A stretch of DNA of 64,000 bases from Macrostomum lignano (taxonomy: Eukaryota): contig NIVC01002061.1 of NCBI GenBank assembly GCA_002269645.1, forward strand, positions 62,001-126,000. Direction: 5' to 3'. Shown here in pieces: positions 61,321 to 64,000 of the stretch (position 1 is its first letter; the number at the start of each line of letters is the position of its first letter). Both the position numbers and the translations under genes were made by a program. The notes under the pieces are model-generated. The model saw only the letters and a program-made list of their open reading frames with translations, made no database searches and had not been told where the DNA came from.

Positions 61321-63426
61321 CCACTCGAACACCCCGTCCGCCCGGCGAAGTTCCTGCAAAGGCCGGCACTTCTCAGCAAAATTGGGGACCAACCGACCGT
61401 AAAACTGGGCCAGTCCCAGAAACCGCTCGAGGTCCTTCTTGTTCTTTGGAGCTTCCACATCCTGAATCCGCTGAACCATGCCAGGATCTGGCTTGATCCC
61501 TTCCTCATCTATTATGTGGCCAAGAAACTTCAAACTGGGTGCTTCCATGATGCACTTTGCTTCATTGACTTTAACATTTGCCGCTCTCAGCTTGTCGAGT
61601 ATTCCTGTGCGAATGTTCTCCAGCTCTGCCTTCGTCACCGCGCCCATGAGGACGTCATCTTGGTACACAATGACACCTGGATGTTCGCCTAGCAGCTTCT
61701 CTATCTCACGCTGGAACACAGACGGAGAGACTTTGATGCCGTACGGCAGCCTATTGAAGCGATAACAGCCAAATGGAGTGTTGATGGTGGTGATGTCTTT
61801 AGACTCACTGTCCAGCGGTATTTGATAATAGGCATCAGAAAGGTCAAGACGGCAAAACAGCTTGTTGTTGGCCATCTTGGAAAACGCTGTCTCTATTGAT
61901 GGAGTCAGGTATGTCTGATCCTGCACCCACTGATTGATTGCTGTGTAGTCTCCGCAAATCCTCACTGACGTCTTGTCTGACTTAACCGTCACCACAATCG
62001 GGCTGCCCCACTCCGACGATGTCACTCTCTCGACTATTCCCGCCTTCTCCATCAAGTCCAGCTCCTTTTTTACTAACGGACGCAGCGCCGATGGCAGCTC
62101 TCTGGCTGGCTGGAAGATCGGCCCGGCTCCTGTCTTCAACCGAATCTCTCCGACTGCTCCCTTAATACCCAGTAAGCTCTCATACCTGTTGCTGCTGGGT
62201 GCCTTGGCCTCATCAGAATGGTGAGCTGGCGGCGAGTTGAGCAAATCCCGGCCTAGCAGTCCAAACTTTTGCTGGCAGTCGATGACAGGCAACTCAGCGG
62301 CAATGAAGTGACCGTCCGTGCCGTCAGTCTCCACCAGGCACTCCAGGATGCCGAGCTGCTTCATCACATGACCGTCGTAGGCCAGCATCCGGGACTTCGC
62401 CGATTTCAGTGGCGGTCTGCCAAGATCTTCCCAGATCTTTCTTGATATCAGCGAGCACGCCGCACCGCTATCCTTCTCCATCTTCACCTGCTTGTCGTTG
62501 ATCTTGACCATGCAGAAAGCAGCCGGGGTGCCCTCACCGCAGTGGAAGACGGGCTCATAACTGGTAGAATCTGCAGACATTGCTTTTTCTGCGGCGAAGT
62601 GAGTTTTGGCGCTCCTGCAGACTCGGGCGAAGTGTCCGAGTTTTCCGCACTGACGACAGGTGGCTTTCAGCGCCCAGCAGTCAGTTGGCTTGCGATGAGA
62701 CTTCTGGCCGCAGCGCTGGCAGATCTGGCTTCCACTCAAATTCGGTCTCGACTTCTCCACCGCATTGACACCGGCCGCGTCTTCGAGGTCCCGGCGTGGC
62801 GCATCGTGGCTAGGCGCCGTCTGGTGCACCACTGAACCAACTTGAGCCTGGCCTAACGCAGTCAGCGGCCCAGTCAAGAAGGTGCTCACCATCTGTAGCT
62901 GCTGCACATAGTCTGAAATCTGGTCCACCGAAAGCTCCGACGAAACCTCACGTTCGAGCACTTTGCTTCTGATGTCCTGATTGCTGAGGCCAGCAATCAG
63001 TCGCATTTTGATCAGCTGCTCTGCTGGGTTCGCACCCTCGTCCTTTAGCTTCTCGAACTCACACACCACTGCCTGTTCTCGAAGACGGGCAGCGAAGCCG
63101 GTGATGCTCTCACCCTCGCCCTGGCGCATGGACATGAAGGCCGCCCGCACCGAAATTAGCAGCCTTTTCTGGGGTTCCAGAAATCGAACCAGGCACGCTT
63201 TGATGTCGGCCCACTTCATCTTAGAAAGCTGGCTCGGTGCCACCAGCTGCTTCACTTTGATTAGCTGAGCCACGCCCAGACAGCCCAGAAAAGCGTCTGT
63301 CAGTGCCAGGTTTCCGTCGGTGTCCTGCACTCCTTTTGACCTCGCTTGAGCATCGAAGACTTCGACCCGTGCCCACAGCTCTTCAATACTTTCCAGTGGC
63401 AGTGGGTCTCGTAGCTTGATAGACAT
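61300..63426 (-). CDS. Retroelement gag-protease-RT polyprotein
   Basis: ATG at 63426 (MSIKLRDP); two CCHC knuckles (CQRCGQKSH..C, CRQCGKLGHFARVC); protease DSGA; RT LDLSDAYYQ, LPYG, YQDD; terminates at the deletion junction. Confidence 0.92.
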   Translation of the reverse strand: MSIKLRDPLPLESIEELWARVEVFDAQARSKGVQDTDGNLALTDAFLGCLGVAQLIKVKQLVAPSQLSKMKWADIKACLVRFLEPQKRLLISVRAAFMSMRQGEGESITGFAARLREQAVVCEFEKLKDEGANPAEQLIKMRLIAGLSNQDIRSKVLEREVSSELSVDQISDYVQQLQMVSTFLTGPLTALGQAQVGSVVHQTAPSHDAPRRDLEDAAGVNAVEKSRPNLSGSQICQRCGQKSHRKPTDCWALKATCRQCGKLGHFARVCRSAKTHFAAEKAMSADSTSYEPVFHCGEGTPAAFCMVKINDKQVKMEKDSGAACSLISRKIWEDLGRPPLKSAKSRMLAYDGHVMKQLGILECLVETDGTDGHFIAAELPVIDCQQKFGLLGRDLLNSPPAHHSDEAKAPSSNRYESLLGIKGAVGEIRLKTGAGPIFQPARELPSALRPLVKKELDLMEKAGIVERVTSSEWGSPIVVTVKSDKTSVRICGDYTAINQWVQDQTYLTPSIETAFSKMANNKLFCRLDLSDAYYQIPLDSESKDITTINTPFGCYRFNRLPYGIKVSPSVFQREIEKLLGEHPGVIVYQDDVLMGAVTKAELENIRTGILDKLRAANVKVNEAKCIMEAPSLKFLGHIIDEEGIKPDPGMVQRIQDVEAPKNKKDLERFLGLAQFYGRLVPNFAEKCRPLQELRRADGVFEWSSARCC

Positions 63427-64000
63427 GCATGCAATCCTGCTTGCGACGCCAAAATGTTGGAAATGACAAGCTAAGGCGAGCAATTGCTATGAGACGAGAA
63501 TACGATAGCTCTGAGCCAATGCTCCGTGCGAAACTATTTATTATTAACGATAAAGCACGAACCCGCGACAACCCCCCAACCCAGGACTAAAACTCACCGC
63601 ACTGCACATCAGAGCACGATGACAATAATAACTTGATACGTACACTCAGACTGAACAAAAGTACAAGCACCAGTGAAATAAGCAATCAAATAATAAACAG
63701 TGCGAAGCCCCGCCCAAGCCTAACAGTTACCTTCACCCTAGCCTGAACGGCATCCGTTTCCTGTGCCACCACTTTCTGAACTTGCTGTAACTTCCCTTGG
63801 CTTCAATCTCCTGATGCGTCTTGTCTGGACTGATCCTCCGTGACTGCAGCGCCGCCACAACTATCCGACGACCACAGTGTCAAACAGCCCTGCCAGTCGG
63901 CCGCCTCTGTAAGATATTTCTTTCTCTGTTGCGTCGCCCTTGAGTTTTGTCAGCCCGGTCTCAATCTCTACCCCAATTGCTTATCATTTCCTAACTTTTC

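Larger units (their letters stand above)
59506..63725 (-). mobile_element. Ty3/gypsy LTR retrotransposon, Mag-clade-like, 4220 bp, recent insertion
   Basis: LTRs 63455-63725 and 59506-59776 (271 bp, TG..CA, 2 mismatches); TSD GTTAC at 59501-59505 and 63726-63730; PBS TGGCGTCGCAAGCAGGAT; purine tract GTGGGGAGCAG before the 3' LTR. Confidence 0.97.

Noticed and set aside
61290-61370. Programmed ribosomal frameshift between RT and integrase
   Set aside because: No slippery heptamer, and conserved RNase H sequence is absent; a deletion explains the junction better.

Overview
Eukaryotic (invertebrate metazoan) genomic DNA, not prokaryotic: it has GT-AG introns, SINEs, MITEs, satellites and an LTR retrotransposon. 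I could not determine the species, and the supplied ORF track often uses GTG/TTG starts that are really inside introns or splice acceptors. Host genes: (1) a head-to-head inverted pair of two-exon, secreted, probably GPI-anchored EGF + UMOD/D8C-like (VWDE-like) genes (973 aa and 538 aa) plus a third pseudogenic copy; (2) two tandem giant GVIN1/VLIG-type (very large inducible) GTPase genes (about 1735 aa and 1841 aa); (3) a small spliced CRP/CSRP-type LIM gene between them that the ORF track misses. In both multigene families one domain is almost identical at the DNA level (EGF-D8C head; GTPase core) while the rest of the paralogues is deeply diverged. This points to domain-restricted gene conversion in a fast-evolving surface/immune locus, and is the most interesting signal in the window. 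Mobile DNA: a young Mag-like Ty3/gypsy element (271-bp LTRs, GTTAC TSD) with an internal RNase H deletion, a 4.3-kb CMC/EnSpm-like element carrying a decayed spliced DUF4806-like gene, a P-element-type MITE with an 8-bp TSD, tRNA-derived and CORE-like SINEs, Harbinger/hAT/LINE/gypsy relics, and several satellites, one with an apparently exact 1798-bp higher-order duplication. All domain and family assignments are motif recognition by eye, not database results.
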